64,000 nucleotides of DNA from the human T2T-CHM13v2.0 reference genome, Homo sapiens: NCBI RefSeq assembly GCF_009914755.1, contig NC_060944.1; one strand, 5' to 3'. The notes below the pieces were generated by a model. That model did not search any database. It worked only from the letters and a program-made list of their open reading frames with translations, and was not told the DNA's origin. Shown here in pieces: positions 28,269 through 43,238 of this stretch (position 1 is its first letter; every line of letters starts with the position of its first letter). Made by a program: the position numbers and the translations under genes.

Positions 28269-30663
28269 GGAGTCGTCTCAGGAAATAGATCTGTAAAGAT
28301 GGGACTTGGGCATTGGTTTGGTCATGCCCTTGGGCTTGAGCACAGTAATGAGCTTCTTACCAATGGGAAATGGGATGCTAGCAATTCATTGCATGCAGTG
28401 CCAATTAAACAAGCTACAACCAACCGAAGCAAGTGTCCAGGGAGCCCAGGAGGATGCTCCACTTGATTGTTACAGCAGTAATGATGACTGTAATGACTGC
28501 AGTGTGGAATATATTCTTTTGAGTGGACTTGAATGCTTATAGGGAGAAAATGCCAAACTCAGCTCAAATCATGACCTGAAAACCAGAGAGGTTAAATGAA
28601 TATTTTATTTCTTATAGATACAAGGCTGATGTTGCTGAAAAAGATAACAAAAATTTAATTGTGTAGATTGCCGAATTATAGTGTCAGTCAGATTCACAAG
28701 CTTACTAAGTTGCTCAAATGAAAGTTGATTGGAAAAAAATGGAATCATAAAACTGGAAACAGGGACATCTGGTTGGACCTAGATGAAGTTGATAATCTTG
28801 AATCCCAAAATCACTGTGAGCTTCTCTTACCAGTGGAAGTAGCTTGCCCTCTGGTGTATTAGGACACTAGCATTTCTTTGCTTGATAGCCCTGTGACAAC
28901 CTCATCTGAGGCAAATACCTTGAAAAGGTATGGTCATTCTTTTCCAAACCCACCACGACCACCTTTTGTTGCCACTAGACCTATAACTAGGGTCAAATAA
29001 CAGTATGCTCCAGGGAGACAGGTACACATTATGACCTTGGAGAAAATAGCTTAAACACCAAAAGAATTGCAAAAATTTGCTAATGTATATCAGCATTAAC
29101 CTGGGTAACATGTGTGAGTATGGAATTGAAAGGTGTTAGACCAAGTAGGGTAGATTATAACACTATAGTGAGCAAATTCACTGATGTAAGTGAACTTACT
29201 AGTGACTGGATTTGGGGGAGAGCGTGAGAATGTCATACTTTTAAGGAGGATAGCTCTAACTTGTATGGACCTCATGTTACTGGAAGCGTCTCTAACTGCT
29301 TTCTTGGTTGTTGACTAAAACTTGGGCTCAATGGTGACTTACACTGAATGATATTGAGTTGCCAGAACTTCCCTAAAATTACACAGAGGAGGAAATTCAA
29401 AGGCTTAGGGAGACCAGAAGTTTTGCCTGGATGTATCACATGCAATCTGCCCACTCACCTGCCAACTGTCTTCATAAGAAAGCCCAGCAGACACTCACTT
29501 GACTAAGGCAATGAGAAATACTAGCTTTGATTATTTCCCAGGTGGAAATACTTCAATCAGAGAATGCAAAAATGATTCCATTGAATTGGAAGGTGAGGCT
29601 GTCACTTGGCCATTTTGGGACTCTTTATGCCACTGAATCAATAAGCAGAAAAGGGCGTTATTCTGTGGGTTGGAATGATTGATCCTGATTAACAAGAGAA
29701 AACTGGATTGCGGCTGCCACAAAGTGGGGACAAGAAGATCTATGCCTGGAATGCAGTGGATTCTATGGATCGCCTCTTAGTGTGTCCATGCCCAATAATA
29801 AACATTAAGATAAAACTATAGCAACCCGAAAAAAGGCAGAATAATTGAGGACTCAGGCCATTTGAGAAGGAAGGTTTGGATTGCCCCATCAAATAAGGAA
29901 CCCCAACTAACTGAGGCTCTGTTGGAGAGCAAAGGAAACACAAATTGGGTAGTAGAGGCTAGGCGTGGTGATTCACACCTGTAATCCCAGCATTTTAGGA
30001 GGCTGAGATGGGTGGATCGCTTGAGCTCAGGAGTTTGAGACCAGTCTGGGCAACATAGTGAGGCCCAATCTCTACAAAAAAATTAAAAATTAGCCAGGTA
30101 GAGTGGCATGTGCTTGTAGTCCTAGCTACTCGGGTTGCTGAGGTGGAAGATCGCTTGAGTCTGGGAGGTCAAGGCTGCGGTAGCTGTGACTGCACCACTG
30201 TGCACTCCAGCCTGGGAAACAGAGCAAGACCTTGTCTGAGGGGTGGGTAACGGAAGAAGGAAGCCATGGATATCAGCTATGACCTCATGACCTATTACAG
30301 AATCAAGGCCTGTAGCAGCTCTGCAAATGCTCTCTTTGCTTGTTAGAAGAATGTGCTAACTACTTTATTCTTTTTCTTCTTATTTTTGTTTTATATTATA
30401 CAAGTTTTTGAAGCTTAATTTTATAATTTAGCCTTTAGATAACAGAATATTCGGTGGTACTATAACAGATTGAAAGACAATTAATATATCCAGCAATGGA
30501 TATAATGACTGTCAGGATGGTGCAGTGCCTCATTTTGGGGAGAAGGTGAGAACTGCTTACTAATGTAAGGAGGATAGTTATATCTTGTTAGATGGGAAGA
30601 GGAATTGTTTTATTATATGGGACTCTAAATGTGTGTAGAGGGTGCACATGTAAGCCGAGTAGC
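28269..30663 (+). mobile_element. ERV-L-class internal region: decayed gag joined to dUTPase, pol absent
   Basis: Gag-like TPKELQKFANVYQ (29055-29093); dUTPase-like MIPLNWKVRLSLGHFG (29572-29619) and GMIDPD*Q (29672-29695). Confidence 0.8.
29957..30238 (+). mobile_element. AluJ lacking a poly-A tail, inside the ERV
   Basis: 'ggatcgcttgagctcaggagtttgagaccagtctgggcaacatag'. Confidence 0.92.
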
Positions 30664-31199
30664 TGTGGTGACACATGCTAAGGTGATCCCCAATAAGTAA
30701 GGGCTTTGTATATCATCACTTCCCCCTTAAATGTAGGGAAACCTGTGACTTACTTCTAGCCAATAGAATACAGCAAAGGTGATAAGATAGTAACTCCCAT
30801 GATTATATTATGCGATATAAGTCTCCATTTTCGCAGATTTAAGCCAGAGGGTCCTGTGCTGGCTTTTAAGAAGCTGCCATGTCGTGGGCGGAGGGCTATG
30901 AGAAGACCTGTGACAGGGCCACGTGGCAAGGTACTATGAGTGACCTCTAGGACCTGAGAGTGACCCGCAGTTGACAACCAGCAAGAAAATGGGGACCTCA
31001 GATCTACAATCACAGGGAACTGAATTATGCTCCCAACTACATGAGCTTGGAAAGGGATTCCAAGCTCCAGAAAGGACCACAACCTAGAAGACACCTGGAC
31101 TGCAACCTGATGAGAGCCTGAGCAAGAAACCCAGCTAAGCCAAGCCCAGACTCCCAACCCATGAAAACTAGGGTCATACGTGTACGTTTGGTTTTTTGT

Positions 31200-32873
<1,674 letters not shown>

Positions 32874-32947
32874 ATGTGTTTTGCTTGCAGCCTCCAAGTT
32901 TATGGTAAATTGTCACATAGAAAGAAAAGAGTAACCAAAAGGTAGAC

Positions 32948-33700
32948 TCAATCAGTTATCAACATATTGCCTCCAAGCTCTAAACTTACCCTTCATTCTC
33001 TCTCTATAATAATGGAGCTGGGCTCTGTAAATATATCTCCTTCTCAAGCTTTGTCAGTAAAGAATGCTGTGGGACACTGGAGGGGGAAGAGATCCTCTTC
33101 CTGGCTCCTACGTGCTCCTCCAGGCAGGTTTCTGAAGCACTGCATGCTTTTCCAGCACTGCGTGTGGGTTCACTAGTGCAGCTGCTCCAGTTCAGGTGGC
33201 TTCCCCAGTGCTGCTCCCCCATAGCATACACAGCTTATCCAGCACTTGCCTCCTGTGGTGTATGAGGCTCTTGCAGGGCCCAGCACCAGTGGCTCACATG
33301 GCTTCTCCAGCACTTGGCCTCAGCAGGGTATGGCTTCTCCAGTGCCCTAGAGCATGCAGTGGCCATCAGCTTTCTCCCGCACCTCTTGGACAAATTTGCA
33401 GCAGAGTGCCACTGCCAAGGTACCTCCCTGTGAGTAGCTCCCCAGGCACCCTCTCAGGCAGCTTTGCAGTGAGCACTAAGGCATGGCATCTCTCCATGGG
33501 TGGCTTCACCCATATTCCAGAGGACAGATTCCCCAAAGTCCTGGTGGCACTGCAGGTCAGCCACATCTCTGCCACAGCCTTGCCCTCTCCAACAAGGTCT
33601 GGATCTCAGCCTATAGGGGAAGTGTAGCTCTTTCTTGGGCACTCTATCTCAGCCCTAAGGGCAGTGCCTCCTCCTTATACTCTATGATTCCTGTATTCTT
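32948..33700 (+). mobile_element. LTR41-family ERV-L 3' LTR (3' end truncated)
   Basis: Preceded by PPT-like 'caaaaggtagac'; shares blocks with 27377-28268 ('aggtacctccctgtga', 'ctccaacaaggtctggatc', 'atctcag.cctaag'). Confidence 0.8.
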
Positions 33701-33901
33701 TAAGTTAAACTTTAAAGTCGGGGGGAGGACAAAAGCACCCTCTCCACCAAAACAAACAAAAAACCAGCTGATCAGGATATCAACTGCCCCTGAGTAGCTG
33801 GGAACTAAAGGAACTTCTCCCCCAGGTCCCCAGGAAATAAAGTAGAGAACGTCTTCCAAACCAGCTCCACTTCTGTCACTAGACCCAAGTATGCAGGGTT
33901 C

Positions 33902-34194
33902 TTTTTTGAGACAAGGTCTCCCTTTGTCACCCAGACTAGAGTGCAGTGCAATGGCACCATCATAGTTCACTGCAGCCTCAACCTTTTAGGCTCAAGTGAT
34001 CCTCCTGCTTCAGCCTTCTGAGTAGCTGGGATTGCAGGCACATGCCACCACACTATTTTTTTTATTTTTTATTTTTTTATAGACAGGGTGTTGCTTTGTT
34101 GCCCAGGCTGGTCTCAAACTCCTGGGATCAAGTAATTCTCCTACCTCACCTCCCAAAATGCTGGGATTATAGGCATGAGCCGCTGTGCCCAGCC
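33902..34194 (-). mobile_element. AluJ
   Basis: 'catagttcactgcagcctcaacc...caaactcctggg'. Confidence 0.92.
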
Positions 34195-34204
34195 CACAGG
34201 GTCC

Positions 34205-34507
34205 TTTTTTTTTTTTTTTTTTTTTTGAGATGGAGTTTTGCTCTTTCACCCAGGCTGTAGTGAAGTGGCATGATCTCAGCTCACTGCAACCTCTGACCCC
34301 AGGGTTCAAGTGATTCTCCTGCTTCAGCCTCCCAAGTAGCTAGGATTATAGGCACCCGCCACCATACCTGGCTAATTTTTGTATTTTTAGTAGAGACAGG
34401 TTTTCACTATGTTGGCCAGGCTGGTCTCAAACTCCTGACCTCAGGTGATCCACCCTCATTGGCCTCCCAAGTGCTAGGATTACAGGTGTGAGCCACTGCG
34501 CCCGGCC
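34205..34507 (-). mobile_element. Alu (AluSx/Sz-like)
   Basis: Poly-T followed by a full antisense dimer. Confidence 0.95.
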
Positions 34508-34593
34508 CCACACAGGGTTCCTGATAACCCAAGTGAGCCACTCTGCCAGAACTGAGCAACCTGGGCCAAATCTCCTGACCTCTCTAAGTCTCA

Positions 34594-35025
34594 TGTCTTA
34601 ATTTGGGGTCCTTCATACCCTAAGATAAAAATTCAAGTGTAAGTAGTTTATTCAAGAAGTGAAGGGAAAACTGACAGGAGAATAGAGAGGTGACAGACAG
34701 AAGGAAAGAGCCATGAGAGGGTGTGTGATTAAGGCAGCTGCCGGTGGGCCGCTGGAGTTCAGTCCCACTGGGGATATCTGGGAGACAGTATAGAACACAC
34801 ACCTCGGGATTACCCCCGAGGGTTAAGGGAGATAGGGTATCAATGCACAAACTCCCATCAGTCAATGTTTGAAAGCTGCTGGTGAAGGGGTTATAAATGC
34901 TTCCAGCCTGCTGGGCCAACAGCAAGAGGAAACCCTTGGGCAAAGAAATGCAGGTGCTAGCTCTTAGTGTTCACTGAGTTGGTTGAGGCAAGAAGATATG
35001 AGTGAGGACCTGAAAGTGTCTGTGA
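34594..35025 (-). mobile_element. LTR16-family ERV-L LTR
   Basis: 'ttcaagtgtaagtagtttatt...tcagtcccactggggatatctgggagacagtatagaacacacacctc'. Confidence 0.7.
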
Positions 35026-36211
35026 CGCTGCAGTTCCCTCCTCTATAAAATAAGGAAGAGAATTCCTACCTCACAGGGTTGCTGCTGTACTGCTGCACTG
35101 CAAATTCCAGGGGTTACTGTTCATATCTTGGAGGCCCTGAGTTGCTGTGAAAACTAAAGGAGGTGGTGTAGAGAGAGCACTATATGTCAATAAGTCCTCA
35201 ATATGAGTATTCCTTTTTCTTTTTCTTAACAATCGCATCACTTACTCTGTGTCGAACACTGTACTCGGTGTTACCCACACCTGAGATACAGATACTAGCC
35301 ATCTTTTACAGAAGAGGAAAAGAGGCTCAAGGAGTTTCAGTAACTTTCGCCAGGTCACGGAGCACATCAGAGCCATGTCTATGTGACCGCAGAGCCCTTG
35401 CTCTTAGCCTCTGCTATGCACTGAGTGGCCAGGGCTGATTCTAACACACTGCCCAACTGTGCTTAGTTTGGAGGTCAGGTGCCAAATGCCTTGATCAGCA
35501 TCGTCCCTTGTCAGACATGACCCAGATCAGCTTGGGGAGAAGCTGCAGCCAGGAACTGACATGTCTTCTACTGCTTCTCTGCTTGCTTAATTGGTGTCTC
35601 TCCAAGATAGCTCAGGTGGGTGGGAGAAAGTCTTATTTCAAACTGCCTGAGGCTTTGGCCTCTTCTGCCCACATATGCCCCACAGGCATGTTGTAGCACC
35701 AGCTTTTGAGGAATTAATTTTGGCATCTTAAGCACCACCCTTGGGGGAGTTAATTTTGAATCTCTGCCTCTAGGTTTGCAAAGACAAGTGGTATGGCAGG
35801 GCCCTTTGTTCTGTCAAACTGGTTCAGCTAAGCCCAAAAGAAATGAACATTGTGCCCACTTTTGTCTTTCTGCCTTGGGAGGTCCAAGCTGTCACTGCTA
35901 ACCTTCCTCTCCAGGGCTCCTAGAGTATCCAAATCTGGGTACCTGTGCAGATGAGATTATTCAGCCTTCATGAAGTGCTTTTATTCTGGGAATAAAAGTA
36001 TGATGGACATTGTGGCTGACCCCTCAACATCCCTTCCATTCAATCCTACATGTGGAAAGACTGTGGCGTTTGGAATTGCTCCAGTTCCAGAAATAGGTCC
36101 TGGTATTTTTGGCTAGCTATTCACCACATCCATTTTCCTTTCCTCTGGAGTTGCAGCTAGACTACATTTCCCAACCTCCCTTTCAGTTAAGTGTGGCCAC
36201 GTGACTAAGTT

Positions 36212-36395
36212 CCAGTGGTGTGCTGATGTATAACAACCAGGTCACCAGGGTGAGTGGAGGCTCTGATTGTAGCATTTGGTGATTCCCATATATGGCTGAT
36301 TCCAAGATACCAATGTGATGTCACTGAAAATGGAGTTAAGGATGGGTGTGTGCTAGCATACTATTACAAAGCATTCCTCCATACAGATACAATGG
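36212..36395 (+). mobile_element. MER63-like hAT-Blackjack fragment
   Basis: 'ccagtggtgtgctg' terminus; 'gattccaagataccaatgtgatgtcactgaa'. Confidence 0.65.
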
Positions 36396-36454
36396 TATTC
36401 ATTATTCTAGAGGATTAGTACTACTTGCCAGGCACTGAGTATGTGCTTTTCATG

Positions 36455-36810
36455 CTGTCACAGCTGAGACAGAGTTTAATGTGCAGGACACTTACTTAAA
36501 AAGGCCCTTGGATCAACACTTGATGGCAGAGAGTGACCAAAATAGAATTGGGCAGAAGAAGAAGTCAAGCTACAATGCAGGTCTAATAACAGCACTGGCC
36601 AAACCCATGGACAGCTCTGAAGCTAGAATGGGCCTTCAATCTTGTCCCAAATTGGGCCATGATGACCAGGCCCTTATGCTCCTATATCAGTCAGTCTTCG
36701 GATACGAGCCACCATGGGAAGATTAAAACCTTGGGCAAGAATACTCTCTGCAGCTGACACCCTCCGATTATCTGGAGCAACGAGTCTTAGAGGAACTCTG
36801 GGAAACACAA
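36455..36810 (-). mobile_element. LTR40-like ERV-L LTR
   Basis: 'gctgagacagagttt...cccttggatcaacac...gaattgggcagaagaagaagtcaagctacaatgcagg'. Confidence 0.65.
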
Positions 36811-37469
36811 ACATTATTTTATTCAACAACCCTATGAAGAAGAGACTATTGATAATCCCATTTTACAGGCAAGTAAGTAGAAGTTCTGAGTGGTTAAATA
36901 ATTGCCTTAAGCCACAGGTCTGTGTGATTGGCAAGCTCATGTTCACTTTTATCCCTTATATCCTGTCCTGCTCACCTCCAGCCCTCATCTGCAAGGCAGA
37001 CTGGGCAGATGGGGCAGGAAAGGCAGGGAGGACTGCCTGAAGCTCAAAGCACAGACTGTCCTTGAAATGTTGGAAAGTTATTTGGAAAGTCCTTATGAGC
37101 CTGGGGCACATTCTTCTGAAGAGCTTTCTTGATTAGGAAAATCCTGTGCTTTGAGGATGGAATTGAATGTGTGGAGACAGCCAAAGTTCACTGGGAAAAG
37201 AGCCACAGTTGCAGGGAAAGGAAGCAAGCTCAGGGACATCATTAGAGATCGAGAGCCAGCCATGGCTATACAGAGACAGGCCCAAAAGAACAGTCACCTC
37301 CAGCAGGGCCATGGCAGTTTCCTTGGAGGAAGTCCTAAGCCGCCCAGAGAATGAGTGGCCCAAAGTTGCTCATTAGCCTGTGCCACTTTGAGGAAGTCAC
37401 TCCACCTCTCTGATACTCAGCCTTCTCATCTGAAAACTAGGGACAATGACCTGCTCTGCCTGAAGCAGC

Positions 37470-37715
37470 ACAATGGAGCATTTAGGATTGCTGGCTTTCA
37501 AATCAGACAGGGAGTCCTCGGCTCTGCCACTTACTGTGTAATTTTGAGCAAGTTCTCCAATTTCTCGGCGCCTATTTCCACATCCGTAAAATAAGAATAA
37601 GAGTACCTGTGAAACAGGGCTATTGGGACAATTACATGAATTGACATAGAAAAAGGATTTTGAACTGCACCAGGTATACTGCAAGCACTCAATAAATGTT
37701 AGCTATTGGTTTTAT
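37470..37715 (+). mobile_element. MIR
   Basis: 'ctcggctctgccacttactg...aagcactcaataaatgttagcta'. Confidence 0.75.
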
Positions 37716-37811
37716 TGCCTTAGAGTGGAGTATGAGGATTAAAGGAGCTAGTATGTGTGGAAGGTTTGACATATAATTTGGCCTAGAGGCCCAGCTCAGA
37801 AAATGGTGGCA

Positions 37812-38340
37812 TTCTGGTATCTAATGCTGCATCACAAGCCATTCCAAAGCTCAGTGGCTTAAAATAACAACAATCATTAACTTTGCTCATAAATCTGCAA
37901 TTTGGGCAGGGCTTAGCAGGGTTGGCTCATCTCTGCTTCATGCAACATCAGCTGGGAAGGTGTGAGTGGGGCTGGAGGATTTGCTTCCAAGCTGGCTCAC
38001 TCACATGGGGAGTAAGTCAGTGCTAGCTAATGGCTAAGAGCTTGGCCAAGGCTATACACTGGTGGCCTCCATTATCTCTGCATGGGCCTCCCTGCAGTGC
38101 TGCTTGGGCTTCCTCACAACATGGCAGCCAGGTTCTCAGAGCAAGCGTTCCAAGAAACAGAATCTGGAAGACTCCAGTCTCTTAAATCCTGGGCCAGAAA
38201 AATGGGTACAACTTCACTTCTGCAATGTTTTATTAGTCAACATTCACTGAGTCTGCTCAGATTCAAGGGGAGAAACACAGACCCCTCCTCTTGAATGAAA
38301 AGAGTGTCAAGGAATTTGCAGACATCTTTAACCTACTACA
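37812..38340 (-). mobile_element. MaLR LTR (MLT1G/H-like)
   Basis: 'ctcagtggcttaaaataacaacaatc...ggcttcctcacaacatggcagcc...gaatttgcagacatctttaacctactaca'. Confidence 0.78.
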
Positions 38341-39153
38341 GGTAGTTTGCATTCTCACTCCAGGTACTGGCCCCAGGTAACTATGCTCAGACACAGATAG
38401 GTAAGTTCTTCTTCCCCAAACCATGTTCCAACCTAGAAGTGGGTGATCAAATGGGGAGTGGAAAACTGACTCCTCACAACTGAGGTAAATCCTACTTGTC
38501 ATTTAATATTCAGTAGAAGAGAATCAGAATCTCCCATCTCCCAAGATCCCTGAGTCAAGTGCTCCCTCTGCACTCCCATATCCTGGCTTCTCTGTTCCTG
38601 GAGCTGGTCAGGGAGTAGACAGTGTATTCAGGAGCTGCAAGTCAGAATGGTAAAGAGCACAGAGCTTGCTTGGGTGGGCTTCCTAAACTCACTGTGCCTT
38701 AGGTATCTCATCTGGAAAATGAGAATGATAATCTCTACATCATAAAGTAATTCTGAAGATTAACTGAGGTCACAAGTAGGTAGGGTGAAAACAAATTAAC
38801 AAGCAACAAATCAAATGCATTTCTGGAAAATGTGGCATTATTTTTTGCTTTAGAGACAGATCTTCTCTTGCTCTCCAGCTCCCTTCCCCACTAGGTTGTC
38901 GTGAGTGGGCAGAGAAAAAGGAACTTTAAATAAGCAATTAAAAGTATGCCTTTCTAAGATGGGAAGCTGCGTATATGTTTAGCATTATCTCAACTATGTA
39001 AAAAGATAGGAACTAGAAGGAAATGTGCCAAAATGTTAACAGTGGTTGACTCTCAGAGGATGATGGGATGACAGGTGATTTTATCCTATTGCTTCTTCAA
39101 ACTTTTCTGGTATGTCTCTACATCTTACCAGTTTTTGTGTTACTTTTATAATA

Positions 39154-39154
39154 A

Positions 39155-39179
<25 letters not shown>
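39154..39179. repeat. (AC)n microsatellite
   Basis: Uninterrupted AC run. Confidence 0.9.
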
Positions 39180-39185
<6 letters not shown>

Positions 39186-39259
39186 CAATGAATAAATATG
39201 TGACAGCACCTCTTCCACCTACACCCACACACTCCCACACAGGTTCATTCCTCTACAGA

Positions 39260-39680
39260 ACAGGCTTTCTACAAGATGGTGCTATTGGAGCTTTAGGCCT
39301 GACAATTCTTCCTATCCTGAAGTAAATCACACATTGCAGGACATTTAGCCTCTCACCTCTGCCCACTTAAATGCCAGTAGCACTCTTAGTGTCAACCAAG
39401 AGCATCCCCACATGATGCAGAAAAATGTTCTTATTTTTCAGAGATGCATTTAGGGGTTGAAATGTTATGATAGTTGTAATTTGCTTTAAACTGCTTCAGA
39501 AAAAAAAATAGATAAAACGATTACAGCCAAATCCCCCATATAACTGAGAAATCCACGTGATAGATATAAGTGTATTTGTTCCATGATTCTTTCTACTTTT
39601 CTGTAGTGGGTGGAAAATGTCCCACCTATTTCCAAATGCCCCCTGCTGCTGTGATGTCACACCAGGTTGAAAACCCATGC
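39260..39680. mobile_element. MER20-family hAT element split by an L1MC-like fragment (~39412-39620)
   Basis: 'cattgcaggacatttagc...aatgccagtagcac' rejoins 'tttccaaatgccccctg...ggttgaaaaccca'. Confidence 0.6.
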
Positions 39681-40269
39681 CTCATTGCATCTCATCCTCT
39701 TTTTCATAAATATTGCATCTGATTATCAGGTTAAAATCTCTACAGGGGCTGCTTTATTTTTCTTCTAAATGTTTTCTCCTCTGCTTCCTTCTCCTCAAGA
39801 TGACATCTGGATGTAGGGAAATGTTCTCATGGCAATGGGGAGGGATGGCCCTGGTACAGTCCTGTGAGTCCTGGCTGGTTTCACAAGATGCCCCTTGCTT
39901 TACCTAGCCAGGGGTGTCCTGATGGTGCCAGCTGCTAAAGCCCACACCCGCTGAAACTCACAGTCTGTTCTTGCCACCACCACTCTCCTGGGCACCTGAG
40001 CCCCAGCTGCATCCTCCATCCAGCCCTGCCTCAGCTGCTCATCCCACAGCTCCCTGGGCTCCCTGGTTTTCAAACCCCTCAGCAATCTACCCCATCCCAG
40101 ATTCATAGGAACTTCTAGATCTCTCCCAGGACATGCACATCCATGACATGGTTCCTAATACAGGAGACAAACTGGGGTGGGATAAGAGCAGAAATCAGGG
40201 AATCTCAACCCTCCACCCGTACATTACATGTATATGGCATCTTGCACATGTCATGTCCACTGTCTTTAA

Positions 40270-40641
<372 letters not shown>

Positions 40642-40869
40642 TCACTTCAGATACACACCAGGTACCTGCTAATATGGGAAAAGGCAAACAAATCATGATG
40701 CACCTATGCAAGTTAATACCTGGAAACTGTTGAAAAGGGTACAATTAATTGACATGTGCTGATAAGAAAAGGTGTTCAAGACATGTAGTTAGATGAAAAG
40801 GTAAGTTTCAATACAATAGGTGGGGCATGATCTTTTTTTCCATGAAAAGATACGTATAATAATGAGAAC

Positions 40870-41298
40870 TGTGAGCAACACATTTTTCTGCCCCTGCCTT
40901 AAACAATACCGGGACCAAGTAATAATAATTTAGCTGTTTGCTCCAGGAAATGCCTGCTCTTGGAAGATAAGACCAAACCAACTAAACATCTTACTTATTA
41001 AAATAGATAACTTGCTCATCAAGAATTAATTCAAGGCTCTTGCCTCTCTGGGCTCACCAATCCAAAGCAATTATGTCATAAATTCTGCCCAAGCCCAGAC
41101 AATTACCTGTCTGTATCACTTACCTAAAAATTACCCTGAGCAGCCTAAACCTTGTAAGTGTCTTTTCCTTAATTTCTTCATTTTGAAATACTAGAAGAAC
41201 TTTTTAAGGCATTGTTCTCCCTTACTACAGTTAACTTAATATGTTTAGCTTTGTTTGATCAACAGTTTTTCCTGGTGGGCTTTCAGGGAATCAATCAT
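40870..41298 (+). mobile_element. Old ERV1 LTR (MER110/MER90-like)
   Basis: 'ctcaccaatccaaagcaattatgtcataaattctgccc' and 'tgttctcccttactacagt...ttagctttgtttgatcaacag'. Confidence 0.55.
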
Positions 41299-41431
41299 CA
41301 AAAAGAGTCACTTAATATGTGCTGAGCACTAGGCGGAGTGTTTTATACACTAATCCTACTCTGTGAGATTTTTAATGTCATTATTCCCATTTTACAGATG
41401 AAGAAAGTGAGGATGAGAATCTGAACAACTT

Positions 41432-42593
41432 AAGGACATAAACAGACATTTCTCAAAAGAAGACATGCATGCAGTCAACAAACATATGAAAAAAAGCTCA
41501 ATATCACTGATCATTAGAGAAGTCCAAATCAAAACCACAATGAGATACCATCTCATGCCAATCAGAATGGCTACTAATGGCTGGGCATGGTGGCTCATGC
41601 CTGCAATCCCAGCACTTTGGGAAGCTGAGGTGAGCAGATAATGTGAGTCCAGGAGTTGCAGACCAGCCCAGGCAGCATGGTGAAACCCCATCTCTACCAA
41701 AATACAAAAAAAAAAAAAAAATTGCCCTGTGTGGTAGTACATGACTGTAGTCCCAGTTACTTGGGAGGCTGCAGTGGGAGGATCACTTGAGCCTGAGAGA
41801 CAGAGGTTGCAGCAAGCCGAGGTCGTGCAACTGCACTGCAGCAGGGGTGATGGAGTGAGATCGCATCTCAGAAAAAGAAAAAAAGAAGGAAAAAATAGAC
41901 TGGCTATTATTAAAAAGTCAAAAAACAATAGATGCTGGCGAGGTTGTGGAGAAAAAGGAACATTTTTACCCTGTTGGTGGGAGTGTCAATTAGTTCAACC
42001 ATTGTGGAAGACAGTGTGGCAATTCCTCAAAGACCTAGAGAAAGAAATACTATTTGACCCAGCAATCCCATTACTGGGTGTGTACCCAAACGAATACAAA
42101 TCATTGTATTACAAAGATACATACATGTGTATATTCATTGCAGCACTGTTTACAATAGCAAAATCGTGGAATCAACTTAAATGCCCATCAGTGATAGACT
42201 AGACAAAGAAAATGTGGTACATATACACAGTGGAATACTATGCAGCCATAAAAAGGAACGAGATCATAACCTTTGCAGGGACATGGTTGGAGTTGGAAGC
42301 CATTATTCTCAGCAAACTAACACAGGAACAGAAAACCAAATACCACATTTTCTCACCTATAAGTGGGAGCTGATCAATGAGAACACATGGACACACATGG
42401 TGGGGGAGCAATACACACTGGGCACCTGGGGGCTGGGGAGGTGGGGGATGGAAGAGCATGGGGAAGAATGACGAATAGATGCTGGATTTAATACTTGCAT
42501 GATAGGACAATCTGTGCAGTAAAGCACCATGGCACACATTTACCTATGTAACAAAACTGAACATCCTACACATGTACCCCTGAACTTAAAATA
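41432..42593 (+). mobile_element. 5'-truncated L1PA11-13-like element inserted in a MIR
   Basis: ORF2 C-terminal peptides (RCWRGCGEKGT...DPAIPLLG); TSD agaat(c/t)tgaacaactt at 41416-41431 and 42594-42609. Confidence 0.9.
41579..41895 (+). mobile_element. AluJb-like element inside the L1
   Basis: Full dimer; flanks agaatggctact / agactggctatt. Confidence 0.92.
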
Positions 42594-42707
42594 AGAATTT
42601 GAACAACTTGCCAAATATTACACAGGGAATAAATTTCAGAGACCACATTCAAACCCATGCAGTCTGGCTGCAGAGTCTGAGAGCTTAACCCCCTCATATT
42701 GCCTCTT

Positions 42708-43238
42708 TGCTGGTTATTATGACTATGTAACAAATTACTCAAAACCTCCGTGACTTAAGAAAACAACTACACTTATTTTGCTCACACATCTTCAATGTGG
42801 ATAGGGATTTAGGGGAATAGATTGCCCTGTTCCAACTAGCATCAGCTGAGGTGGCTTGAACACTGAAAGATGGAATCATCTAGAAGCTCATTCTGACAAT
42901 TGATGCTGTCAGCTGGGATCTCAGCTGGGAAATCAGCCAGAACACTTGCATGTGGCCTCCTCATGTGACAGGGCTTCCTCACAACATGGTGGCTGAGTTC
43001 CCAGGTGAGCATCCCAAGAAAGAGACTTCCAGGTGGAAGCCATAGTGTCTTTATGACTTAGAAGTCATGAAGTATCATGTATGACACATTTTATCTGCCA
43101 AGGCAATCACAAAGCCCTCCCCAGTTTCAAGGGGAGGGAAAACATATTTACCTCGTGATGGGGAGTGGCAATGTTTAGAAAAGCACGTAAGACCAGAAAT
43201 ATTGCTGTGGTCATTTTTTAAATTGTGATCTTCCACAG
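42708..43238 (-). mobile_element. MaLR LTR (MLT1F/G-like)
   Basis: 'tgtaacaaattactcaaaac...gggcttcctcacaacatggtggctg...gtgatcttccaca'. Confidence 0.75.

Noticed and set aside
34802-34821. 7-bp stem CCTCGGG/CCCGAGG
   Set aside because: Short hairpin within an LTR16 copy, expected by chance.
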